A stretch of 64,000 bases of DNA from Cyanophyceae cyanobacterium (GCA_050331735.1 JBHJGN010000037.1:1-64000); one strand, 5' to 3'. Counted from the first letter of the stretch, positions 54,024-63,060 are shown. Notes: generated by a model not told the origin, from the letters alone. Program-made: numbers and translations.

Positions 54024-56750
54024 CTAAATACTGTATGATTTTGGTGCTTCGCAACATACGCGAAAGCCGAAGGTGAAGTCGCGGCTTATATGCGTTAGGT
54101 AGAAGCGAAAAGCAGAACGGCAAGATTCTGGACCATAGAACCAGCAACCGCCTCGCAGCACCTTTCTATTGTCCGCCGTATTTTTTTCTAGCCATGTCCT
54201 GCCGTCTTCTGGTGCTCCTTTGTAATTACTATGCCAGTCATCTTCGCACCACTCTGATACGTTCCCATGCAGATCGTGTAATCCCCAATGATTGGCAGGA
54301 AAGCTTCCTACGTCAGTTGTTTGTTCCCGGTATTCGCCTTTCGGACTACCTTTGTAGGTAGCGTTTCCATTGTAGTTAGCGAGGTTTGTCGTTATTATTC
54401 TACCGAAGTGAAAAGGAGTATTTGTTCCGGCTCGGCAAGCATACTCCCACTCTGATTCACTGGGTAAGCGATAGTTTTTTCCTGTTTTGGCTGACAACCT
54501 CCTACAAAACTCTACTGCCTCCTCCCAACTCACCTCCTCTACCGGATGATTGTCTCCTTTAAAGTGAGATGGATCGAAGTCAAGCGCTCGATCGATTTGT
54601 GACCAGGCAGCGACAATACGCCACTGTGCCTGCGTTATTGGGTAACGTCCCAGGTAAAAGGCTGACAGAGTTACCTGATGTCGAGGTTGTTCCCGGTCAC
54701 AATCAAGTTCTACGCCTTCAACTTCATTTCCTGGGGCTCCCATGACAAAGGTTCCACTTGGTATAGAGATCATTTCTAGTCCAATCTCTTCATTAAGAAC
54801 TTCAGTGTAGCCCCAGTTAGTAGCGCGGCGGCGAACGATTGCTAATTGTCCAACTTGACTAGAGGGGGAACTGAACGAGCCTCCACGTCCTTGCCATTCT
54901 ATCTGGGCTGTCTCAAACTCGAATCGCTCCAATATATGGGTAATTTTGGCTGGCTCGTACTCAAAATCTTGTAAAGGCGGAAAGTTAATGAATTCGGCGA
55001 CTTCGTATTCAATATCTTCGAGGGGAAGCTCTTTGGTCGTAGTTGTGTTTCCATTGAGGAGAGAATAACGACGAGCCAGAGTCGCATAGTCGCCTCCAAG
55101 ACGGCAGAGCGTATTAAGACCTACCCGTGCAAAGGGCAGCGCAGCTTCGCCCAAATTATGCTCTGACTCCTGCAAGTAAACAAGAAATGCTTCAAAACTG
55201 TTGAGGCTGAGACCCGCTTTCTGACTGATGACCTGCGATAGACGATTGAGGACGCTAACGGCTTTGTCTTCCGGCAATCCATCCAGGAGCAAATAGCGCA
55301 CGCGATCGCTCGTATCTGTTGCTCCATCCCCGAAAAACTCATAGTGAGTTTCCTCATCTTCTGTATCGCAGCGCCGCAGTAACCCGCTCAGCAATACTTC
55401 TGCAACATGGGCTTGCTGTGCTTCTGGGAGAAACTCATCCCGCAGGAGGTCGATGACGGGCAAACTGACAGAGGTTGCCGCCATCAATCCGGCCAGTTTC
55501 TGCGCCGTTTGGGATGCCGTTGCCTGAAACAGGGCAACCCGCTGCCGTGCCGTCCGGGATGTCAGTGATTGCAAAGCGGGAGTTTCGGTAGCACGTTCTC
55601 GCACAAACGCCAGTTCAAAAGTTCGCCCAGGGATAGGTTCTCCTGTCCCTGCCACTACCTGTGCCCAGCGATGAAGAGGATTCGGATCGAGGGTAACGAT
55701 AGGCAGCGTCAGCAGGCGCTTGTCTATGGGTTGTAAGGACTCTTCCTCGTCTTCTGCCCACTCATCCCTGTCATCGAGGATTGGCAGCCCGTACACCTCT
55801 AGCTTGGCGTTGGGCGTTCCTGGACTGATTGAGCTTAATTGCACTCGATATCCATCGCTCAGTGCCGTTCGTCCCCATAGCCGCTCCGGGAGCATCTGTA
55901 CAATGGCAATGGGCTGCACCTCCGACCATCGCCGCAGGGTTTCGTGAATTAGCCCCTGTCGCCACAGCGCTGACGTACAGTCAGTGACGAATAGCACCAG
56001 TCGTCTGCCGCTGGGGTCGAGGATTTCTTTGGGGTTCCGGGGGCGTTGACTCGTTTTGGATTGAGTTTTGAAGGTATTCCAGCGGGGAAAAAGTTGGACT
56101 GTGCTATTTTGTGCTTCGAGTCGCCAGGTTCGTACTGTCCGAAAGGCGCCGTGGTATTCGGTGAGATGTTGCAGCTCAGCAATCGCTCTTTCCCACAGTA
56201 CTGTCGTCTTTGAGCCTTCTACGACCAAATCTAGGTCAAGCCAGCGTTCGGGACGGGGGCGTTTTCTAGGCATCCACACGCGGGTTTCGGCAATTTGCGT
56301 GACGGTTTCCTCTTCATCGAGGTCGAACCTTACTTTCGACGGGACTTTTCGCATCAGGGGCTTGAGAGATCGCGCTAGGTCGAGGCGCGTCCGTAGCGCT
56401 GGCGCTGCTGTGGCTGGAAACGGCATGCCTGTGGGTTGTTCTGCTGAGCGATCGTCCTGAACTGAGGCTGGCTCTGAAACTGATTCCGATCCAGAGGGTC
56501 TGTCTGTGACTAGAGCGAAGTCTGATTGCTCGGCGGTTGACGTTTCAGTTATTTCAGGGAGTGGCGTTGTCTTCTCTCTCTTGGTTTGCTTATTGTCGAT
56601 GTCCTGACGCACTGCTGCTCTCGGCTCGATAAACTGAGTGAGCCAGAGGATATCGGCAATATCTACGGCGTTAACGTCTAGCCCAGACTGCTTTAACCTG
56701 GACGCGAACTGTCCGATTGTTGGTCTTCGCTGCTGCTCAAATGTTTCCAC
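54024..56750 (-). CDS. SAV_2336-type vWA-like N-terminal domain fused to a C-terminal FGE-sulfatase (CLec) domain
   Basis: IADILWL, LARSLKPL..LDEEETV..PERWLDLDLVV, LFVTDCTS..W and LPERLWGRT, then RLPSESEWEYACRAGT..DLHGNVSEW..LRGGCW..GFRV. Confidence 0.88.
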   Translation of the reverse strand: METFEQQRRPTIGQFASRLKQSGLDVNAVDIADILWLTQFIEPRAAVRQDIDNKQTKREKTTPLPEITETSTAEQSDFALVTDRPSGSESVSEPASVQDDRSAEQPTGMPFPATAAPALRTRLDLARSLKPLMRKVPSKVRFDLDEEETVTQIAETRVWMPRKRPRPERWLDLDLVVEGSKTTVLWERAIAELQHLTEYHGAFRTVRTWRLEAQNSTVQLFPRWNTFKTQSKTSQRPRNPKEILDPSGRRLVLFVTDCTSALWRQGLIHETLRRWSEVQPIAIVQMLPERLWGRTALSDGYRVQLSSISPGTPNAKLEVYGLPILDDRDEWAEDEEESLQPIDKRLLTLPIVTLDPNPLHRWAQVVAGTGEPIPGRTFELAFVRERATETPALQSLTSRTARQRVALFQATASQTAQKLAGLMAATSVSLPVIDLLRDEFLPEAQQAHVAEVLLSGLLRRCDTEDEETHYEFFGDGATDTSDRVRYLLLDGLPEDKAVSVLNRLSQVISQKAGLSLNSFEAFLVYLQESEHNLGEAALPFARVGLNTLCRLGGDYATLARRYSLLNGNTTTTKELPLEDIEYEVAEFINFPPLQDFEYEPAKITHILERFEFETAQIEWQGRGGSFSSPSSQVGQLAIVRRRATNWGYTEVLNEEIGLEMISIPSGTFVMGAPGNEVEGVELDCDREQPRHQVTLSAFYLGRYPITQAQWRIVAAWSQIDRALDFDPSHFKGDNHPVEEVSWEEAVEFCRRLSAKTGKNYRLPSESEWEYACRAGTNTPFHFGRIITTNLANYNGNATYKGSPKGEYREQTTDVGSFPANHWGLHDLHGNVSEWCEDDWHSNYKGAPEDGRTWLEKNTADNRKVLRGGCWFYGPESCRSAFRFYLTHISRDFTFGFRVCCEAPKSYSI

Positions 56751-57775
56751 AGTCGTTCGATGAGGTCGTCTGGAGTATGAACATTGTCACTTACGTTGGG
56801 TGCTCGTTCGCGGGTAACCAGATAGATAGCGTTGAGGAGCTGGTCTGTTGCTAAGTCGCCTTTGCTGCGGTCGTTGCGCTTGTTGACAAACCGCGTGATC
56901 AGCTGCTGGATCAGTTCTTCCGATTGGGCAATTAGCTTTTCCCCATCCTTTTCCTGCTTGAGGTGAGCTTTGACAATGGCTTCGAGGCGCTCTTCGTCGG
57001 GTTCTGCCATTGTTAGCCGCACGCAGCGACGTAAGAAGGGAGGCGGAAAGTCTCGCTCGCCGTTACTGGTTAGAACCATCAGCGGAAACTGCTGACTGGT
57101 AATTTTGCCCCCCTTAATAGTTGCTGTCGTATCGGCAAAGGTAAATTCTTGTTTGTCTTTATAAGCTGTTCGTACCGTCACCTCTGGCTTTTTCTCTTCA
57201 ATTCGCACCAGTTCCGGTATTTCAAACTCCCCTTCTTCAAAAACGGTGAGCAGATCGTTGGGCAGGTCGATATCGCTTTTGTCGATTTCGTCTACGATTA
57301 ACACGCGGGGCTTGTCAGAGGGGAGAAGGGCAGTTCCGAGGGATCCCAGACGAATATAGTTGCCGATATTGTCGAAATTGCCCCGCTCTTTCTCGCCAAC
57401 ATCCTGCAAGCGCGCGATCGCATCGTAGAGATACAGACCGTCCTTGAGGGTAGTCCGGGTGGTGATCGGCCAGTAGAGCACCTCTCCGAGGTTCAGTTCG
57501 CGGGCGATCGCATAGGCGAGGGAGGTTTTGCCGCTGCCCGGTTTGCCCGTTACAAGCAAGGGTCGCCGCAGATACAGCGCCGCATTCACTAGCTCGATTT
57601 CCTGGGGCTGAGCCTGAAACGTTTTTCCCCGTTCCTGCTTGCGACGGTCAGACTGTCTCCAGGGAGGGGGAGGAGGTAGATGGGCGAGCGGGTCTAAGCC
57701 TGGATCTGGATTGGGTTCTCCGGTTCCTTTGAAGATGGGCTGAAAAATTGGCTGAATCTTAGGCTGGTCGTTCAT
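56693..57775 (-). CDS. MoxR-family AAA+ ATPase
   Basis: LRRPLLVTGKPGSGKT, YDAIARL, LIVDEIDKSD, TSNGERDFPPPFLRRC and ATDQLLNA motifs; start taken at ATG 57775. Confidence 0.93.
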   Translation of the reverse strand: MNDQPKIQPIFQPIFKGTGEPNPDPGLDPLAHLPPPPPWRQSDRRKQERGKTFQAQPQEIELVNAALYLRRPLLVTGKPGSGKTSLAYAIARELNLGEVLYWPITTRTTLKDGLYLYDAIARLQDVGEKERGNFDNIGNYIRLGSLGTALLPSDKPRVLIVDEIDKSDIDLPNDLLTVFEEGEFEIPELVRIEEKKPEVTVRTAYKDKQEFTFADTTATIKGGKITSQQFPLMVLTSNGERDFPPPFLRRCVRLTMAEPDEERLEAIVKAHLKQEKDGEKLIAQSEELIQQLITRFVNKRNDRSKGDLATDQLLNAIYLVTRERAPNVSDNVHTPDDLIERLWKHLSSSEDQQSDSSRPG

Positions 57776-57779
57776 GACC

Positions 57780-59570
57780 TTAACAAGCCTCCTGATCAAA
57801 TTGCAGGTCCATCGTGGGCGGCACAATCTTCGCATCTTCCCAAACTAGACTAAGATGACCCCCCAGGCAATGGTTGTCATCTTCCCTCAGTGCGTCGAGC
57901 CTTTCTTCATAAATTCGCTGAGGGAGTTCGGCTACGGTGCGGTCTAGGATACGATCAACTTCATGACATAGTTTTGAGTGTCTTACCCACAGTGCAACAG
58001 GGAGTGCTGTTTTTCTAGCGATAAATTCAAAGACGCTCTCAACTTGCTCTGCTGATAAATTTTCCAGGATTGCCATCTCAGCAGTCTTTAATCCCAACAG
58101 TTCTGCATTTTTTGTTGTATCAACCCAGACGAATGTTTCCCGCGCAGTATGTTGTGATTTCGCTTCTATATGCTGCCATTTATCTTGCCAGCGCCTAAAG
58201 TACTTCTTCCCCGTCGGTGATTGGTTGAGATCGGTTCGCATTACCACTTTATACTGACTTCCCAGGGTTAAATCTGACAACGTTTTAGAGGAGTCGAAAT
58301 CGCGATCGAGCCAAGCACGCGGCACAAAAAAGTGAACCATTGGCTCGTTTAAGGTCGATTTCTCTTCTAGGCAAGTTTCAACGAAGTCTGGCAAATCTGC
58401 ATAGGGAAGAGTATGTTCTTGCAGCAAGTAGGGCAATGGTTCTTGCGGGTTGTAGGTATGGCGATCGCTAATCTCCCACATTGAGATCCAAACCTTTTCC
58501 TTGTCTTTTTCGTCTGGTCTCACTTCTACCACTAAATGTTCGGACGAGTCAGCGGAAGAAACGTTGCGCTCTCGTTTTTCTAAGATGGCGCGGCTCTGCA
58601 AGCTATCGAAGTAAAATCCGCGATACTCAACCCAATTTTTAATTTGTTGGTACATGGAACCCGATACCGCATCCATTGTTGCCAGAAAAATTGCAAACTG
58701 TGTCAGTCGATCAACGTTATCCCAACCGCGATTTCCTAACTGGCTCAAGCTTAGCAGCCGCGACTGCAACATCTTTTTCTCCCCCCAGACAGAACCAGAA
58801 TCGCAGAGGCGAAAGGCGGTGGCGATCGCACTGCTGAGTTTCTGCTGGTTGTCATTAGAAAGTTGTTGCAGATGGTTTTCGATCAGATCGCACAGGCTAT
58901 AAACACTAAGTTTTTTGAGAACGCCGTCTAGCTCTTTTTTCGGAATGGCGTATGCCTTGCTTCTTTGCTCATCTCTGGAGACTAACGCCGTAGCAATCAT
59001 GCCAATGACGCAGGTTCGTTGTTCATTCCAAACAGGTGCGCCGCTAAATCCTGCTTGAATTGTTTCATCGTTGGGATTACCTGCTTTATAAAACTGAAAG
59101 CGTCCTCCAGCAGTGCGTATTTTGGGAATGTATGCATCTGAGCGCTCACCGTTTTCATTGCTAAAGCCATAAACAGAATGTTCGTCGTTTTCAATATCTG
59201 ACAAACTGACTTGAACAAGCGGAATTGGCTTAGATTCACTCGGTTCCGCTTTGAGTAGTTTTAACCCAGCAACATCCCCTCGACTGACGCTATAAGGGAG
59301 CCAAGCTACCACTTTTGCCTTAATTTTGTCCCCGTCAGCGAGAATAGGAAAATCGAGGAATACCAGTTCTTTAACGACTTCTTTGTAAGAAGCAGATTTT
59401 TGTTTGTCAAAGTCGATACCGACCGCCTGTAAGACAACGTGGGCGCAAGTCAGCACGTAACCAGGAGCCACTAGGAATCCCGTCCCGATCGCCGTCTCTG
59501 TGTCTTGGTAGAAAATCCGCGCAATAGATTGTTCGTAATCTTCCCAAGTGAAAGTCACTTCTTCTGCCAT
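57780..59570 (-). CDS. Trypsin-like serine peptidase fused to vWA-MoxR-associated protein (VMAP) domains
   Basis: Intact triad motifs LTCAHVV / DVAGL / GFSGAPV; C-terminal LPVALWVR..HLSLVWED typical of VMAP-C. Confidence 0.85.
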   Translation of the reverse strand: MAEEVTFTWEDYEQSIARIFYQDTETAIGTGFLVAPGYVLTCAHVVLQAVGIDFDKQKSASYKEVVKELVFLDFPILADGDKIKAKVVAWLPYSVSRGDVAGLKLLKAEPSESKPIPLVQVSLSDIENDEHSVYGFSNENGERSDAYIPKIRTAGGRFQFYKAGNPNDETIQAGFSGAPVWNEQRTCVIGMIATALVSRDEQRSKAYAIPKKELDGVLKKLSVYSLCDLIENHLQQLSNDNQQKLSSAIATAFRLCDSGSVWGEKKMLQSRLLSLSQLGNRGWDNVDRLTQFAIFLATMDAVSGSMYQQIKNWVEYRGFYFDSLQSRAILEKRERNVSSADSSEHLVVEVRPDEKDKEKVWISMWEISDRHTYNPQEPLPYLLQEHTLPYADLPDFVETCLEEKSTLNEPMVHFFVPRAWLDRDFDSSKTLSDLTLGSQYKVVMRTDLNQSPTGKKYFRRWQDKWQHIEAKSQHTARETFVWVDTTKNAELLGLKTAEMAILENLSAEQVESVFEFIARKTALPVALWVRHSKLCHEVDRILDRTVAELPQRIYEERLDALREDDNHCLGGHLSLVWEDAKIVPPTMDLQFDQEAC

Positions 59571-59872
59571 TTCAGCGTTATTTCGTAATTTGCCTCTCCG
59601 CCAACCTTGGTGAGTACCGCCCCTACTTCACCGTTGAGCTTAACACTAAACTTTACCTCTACCTCGTCTGTCGGCTCGATGACTGCATCTAGCTTTTTCT
59701 TGACCGATTGAATCATAGGCAGCAGGTTATCTAAAGCCTGAGCGAAAGTTTTTCTCGCAGTTGCAGCTATCTCGTTGGGCGCCCTCGAAATCGGTCGAAT
59801 TTCTTCGACATCTTCAACTTCAACAAGAATTCTTCCGCCTTCACCCGTGTCGAATTCGACAAGCTGTGCCAT
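59555..59872 (-). CDS. CU044_2847-family / Trypco1 (trypsin co-occurring) small protein
   Basis: ILVEV..PTDEVEVKFSVKL..EANYEITLKW; overlaps the peptidase start. Confidence 0.85.
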   Translation of the reverse strand: MAQLVEFDTGEGGRILVEVEDVEEIRPISRAPNEIAATARKTFAQALDNLLPMIQSVKKKLDAVIEPTDEVEVKFSVKLNGEVGAVLTKVGGEANYEITLKWQKK

Positions 59873-60023
59873 TAGCTAAACGTCTCCTGAAATCACTTCG
59901 GCAGTAATACCTCAATAGTTTATACAGTAGTTGCCCCTGAATTTCCGTATTTTTTCTCAAAGGAGATCAAAAAATAAATCGACTCGCCGTTAGGTGAGAA
60001 ATCAAAGGACCAAGAGAAAAGGG

Positions 60024-60899
60024 CTAAAGTGCCTGAGCGCCAAAAGTCCTCGGCATCTTGCAACACACTCGAACACCGATATCTTTGAGGCGGTAGTCAC
60101 GCAAATCCCCGTAGCGGTTAGTAGAACGGCAATTCTTCGGATACACGAGCCAAGAACCACCCCGCAGAAGCTTATCAGTATCTGTCGCGTTCTCCTCTAT
60201 CCATGCGCTTCCATTCACTGGTGCTCCTCTATAGCTATCATGCCAATCATCTTGACACCATTCCCAGACATTTCCGTGCATATCGTGTAGTCCAAAATTA
60301 TTTGGGGGAAAGATACCTACTTCTGTCGTTTCTCTTCGGTATTTTCCCACTATGCCTTTCCCGTAAGTTCCTTTATAAAGAGTATCGCCAATCTTTTCGT
60401 CCTGAGCGCGATAGTTTGCTAGTTCGTCACTCAGTGTTTCGCCAAAATGAAAAGGAGCTTTTGTCCCCGCTCGACAGGCATATTCCCACTGCGCCTCGCT
60501 GGGCAGGTGGTAGGTTCTACCTGTTTTGACTGATAATCGCTGACAAAACTCTATCGCCTCTTCCCAAATCACATTTTCCACGGGACGGTTGTCTCCTTTA
60601 AAGTGCGATGGATCTGAGTTTAGCTTGCACTTGTCTTTGGGCCAGTTGGCAACGATGCGCCATTGAGTTTGGGTGACAGGATATCGCCCCATCAAAAACG
60701 ATGAAACTATGACTTCATGTTGCGGTCGTTCATCGTTGTAACTTTCCAGTTCATCTTCCGGTGCTCCCATCAGGAATTTGCCACTAGGAATCAGCACCAT
60801 ATCCAAGCTAACTTCGTCACTGAGGGTTTCGATGAAGTGTTTGCCCCTGCGCCGATAGCGGCTGACGAGAATACGTTTTTCGGCGGTTTCTTCTGCCAT
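60024..60899 (-). CDS. Stand-alone FGE-sulfatase (CLec) domain protein
   Basis: LPSEAQWEYACRAGT, DMHGNVWEWC and LRGGSW motifs; start taken at ATG 60899 (frame open to 60974). Confidence 0.92.
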   Translation of the reverse strand: MAEETAEKRILVSRYRRRGKHFIETLSDEVSLDMVLIPSGKFLMGAPEDELESYNDERPQHEVIVSSFLMGRYPVTQTQWRIVANWPKDKCKLNSDPSHFKGDNRPVENVIWEEAIEFCQRLSVKTGRTYHLPSEAQWEYACRAGTKAPFHFGETLSDELANYRAQDEKIGDTLYKGTYGKGIVGKYRRETTEVGIFPPNNFGLHDMHGNVWEWCQDDWHDSYRGAPVNGSAWIEENATDTDKLLRGGSWLVYPKNCRSTNRYGDLRDYRLKDIGVRVCCKMPRTFGAQAL

Positions 60900-61085
60900 T
60901 TGTTGGAGCTGCGTTTTGGACCGGACCACTGAATTTAATGTCCGGTTGGATAACTCTTGGGAGTTTCCTACCAAGAAGCCCTAATCTTACCTTAAAGCGC
61001 TGGCGAATGAATTGGTGGACTACAAACCGTAATCCGCTATTAGAGTTTCCAATTTGAGGAAAGCGATCGCCCTGAGAAGTATATA

Positions 61086-61439
61086 TTACGGCTGCTGCTC
61101 TCCTGCTAGCCGAGAGAGCGATTGAGCAATGCTAGCCATGTTCTCAGCAAGCGTAACTCTATCTTCATTGAAACCTTGAATGATTTCAAACATAGTTGCT
61201 TGATGAGCTGTTAATGCCGAAACATCTCTAGTTAACTGTGCTATTTGAGCATCGGTTCGCCGACGGTCACGAACGACATCTGAAGTTAAAGCCTCAATGG
61301 CCTTAGCATTAGAGTTAATCCTGGCATCAGTCTGAACCGACTGCTGAGCCAATTGCTCTAGCAAAGCTTCTATTCTGTCGAGGCGATCGCTTGGCGTTCC
61401 CGAAGGGCGATCGCCTCCATCGGGATTAGTTATCGGCAT
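61086..61439 (-). CDS. Hypothetical coiled-coil protein
   Basis: 117 aa, DRLDRIEALL..NAKAIEAL heptad pattern, GGAG RBS upstream. Confidence 0.7.
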   Translation of the reverse strand: MPITNPDGGDRPSGTPSDRLDRIEALLEQLAQQSVQTDARINSNAKAIEALTSDVVRDRRRTDAQIAQLTRDVSALTAHQATMFEIIQGFNEDRVTLAENMASIAQSLSRLAGEQQP

Positions 61440-61594
61440 ACTCCTAGCAATGTTTACTGTCTGATTGTTGTCTATTTCCTTGGAGATAGCGATCGCCTTC
61501 AGAAGGTACGGTCTCGTATGTTTTCATCCTAATGCTTTCTAAAAAAAATTAGACTCGTCTAACGGCGAGATATCAAAGGGCTAACCCCTAAAAG

Positions 61595-62437
61595 CTAAGG
61601 GCTAAAGTGAAGAATCCTCGGCACCTCGCAACACACACGAAACCCAATATTGCCGTAGCGGTAGTAGCGTGGATCGCTGCGGCGGTAAGCAGAACGGCAA
61701 TACCACGGAGCGCTGTTCCAAGCACCGCCCCGCAGCAGCTTGTTAGTCTGCGTTCCGCCTGCTCCCAGCCACGCCCTACCGTCTACTGGTGCCCCTTCAT
61801 AGCTATCATGCCAGTCATCTTCGCACCACTCCCACAGATTTCCATGCATGTCGTGTAATCCCCACCGATTGGCTGGAAAACTTCCTACATCCATCATCCC
61901 ACCTCGATATTTTCCTTCGAGGCTGCCGTTGTAAGTTTTCGTAGTGTCGTAGCTCGCCAACTCTGCCGTAATCATTTCGCCATAGTGGAAGGGCGTTTCT
62001 GTTTCTGCCCGACAGGCGTATTCCCACTCGGCTTCACTCGGTAGGCGATAGCTTCTCCCCGTTTTCGCTGATAGCCGCCGACAAAATTCCTTAGCGTCTT
62101 CCCAGCTCACCTGCTCTACAGGTCGATTCTCGCCTTTAAAGGTCGATGGGTTTCGCTCTAGCTCCCGCTCAACTAGCGGATAACCTGCCACCACGCGCCA
62201 CTGCGCCTGAGTCACCGGATACCGCCCCAGCAAAAACGACTCCAGCTTCACTCGATGTTGCGATCGCTCGGAGCCACTACTTTCTGGCTCACTCTCTGGT
62301 GCGCCCATCAAAAACTCACCCGCCGGAATAAGCATCAGCGTCAGGGTTACGCCCTCAGCCAGTTGTTCGTGCAGGCATTTATTTCTCCGTCTGTACCGAT
62401 GGAGCATTAGGCCAGAACTGGCAGGAGCGTTAGTCAT
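61595..62437 (-). CDS. Stand-alone FGE-sulfatase (CLec) domain protein
   Basis: RLPSEAEWEYACRA, DMHGNLWEWC and LRGGAW..GFRV motifs. Confidence 0.93.
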   Translation of the reverse strand: MTNAPASSGLMLHRYRRRNKCLHEQLAEGVTLTLMLIPAGEFLMGAPESEPESSGSERSQHRVKLESFLLGRYPVTQAQWRVVAGYPLVERELERNPSTFKGENRPVEQVSWEDAKEFCRRLSAKTGRSYRLPSEAEWEYACRAETETPFHYGEMITAELASYDTTKTYNGSLEGKYRGGMMDVGSFPANRWGLHDMHGNLWEWCEDDWHDSYEGAPVDGRAWLGAGGTQTNKLLRGGAWNSAPWYCRSAYRRSDPRYYRYGNIGFRVCCEVPRILHFSP

Positions 62438-63060
62438 CTACCAGCCCTTAACACTTGTTCAGCCGTCAGTTTCAAATCCGGGAAGGTTGGAGAGACAATG
62501 GTTTGCTTACCCCGAAGTTTCTGAATTTCATACTCCTCATTCACTAGCATACAAACAGAGAGGGTAGGCTGTTTGGGCTTGCCAATATGTCGAGTACCAC
62601 CTAATCCGGCGTAGTCTGCAATCCAATATTCGGGAATACCTAAAACCGCGTAGTCTTCGACCTTACGGGCATAATCATTTTGCCAGTTGCTACTAACGAC
62701 TTCCGCTACAAATTTAATCGAACTACCCAGCGTCAGGATCGACTGGTCAGACCAAAGCAGTTCTTTAGTCAATTCATCTCGATCAACAACTGCAACATCA
62801 GGTCGAAATGCTGTCATGCCAGTATTAGAGGGGCGAAATAGACCCCGCTGAAGAACAAACCAATCTAAGCCTATGCTGTCGATGTGAACACAGACCTTTG
62901 CGGTAATGAAGGCTGCAACCTCTTCGTGCAAGCCTGTTGGTTCCAAGTCGAACACCTCTCCATCGATCAGTTCATAACGGTTATAGCTACCATAACAAGC
63001 AAGAAACTCGTCAAAGCTAAGTGGCTTTTGCTGTATTGGTTGATTGATCGCAAGGGTCAT
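62434..63060 (-). CDS. Uma2-family (DUF820) PD-(D/E)xK endonuclease-like protein
   Basis: YELIDG, RPDVAVV, EVVSSNW..DY..K..Y..LGIPEYWIAD; ATGA overlap with the FGE gene. Confidence 0.92.
   Translation of the reverse strand: MTLAINQPIQQKPLSFDEFLACYGSYNRYELIDGEVFDLEPTGLHEEVAAFITAKVCVHIDSIGLDWFVLQRGLFRPSNTGMTAFRPDVAVVDRDELTKELLWSDQSILTLGSSIKFVAEVVSSNWQNDYARKVEDYAVLGIPEYWIADYAGLGGTRHIGKPKQPTLSVCMLVNEEYEIQKLRGKQTIVSPTFPDLKLTAEQVLRAGR

Noticed and set aside
59994..60290. Similar + strand ORFs at 59994-60290 and 61607-61858 that look like a gene family
   Set aside because: They are antisense shadows of the conserved FGE 3' ends
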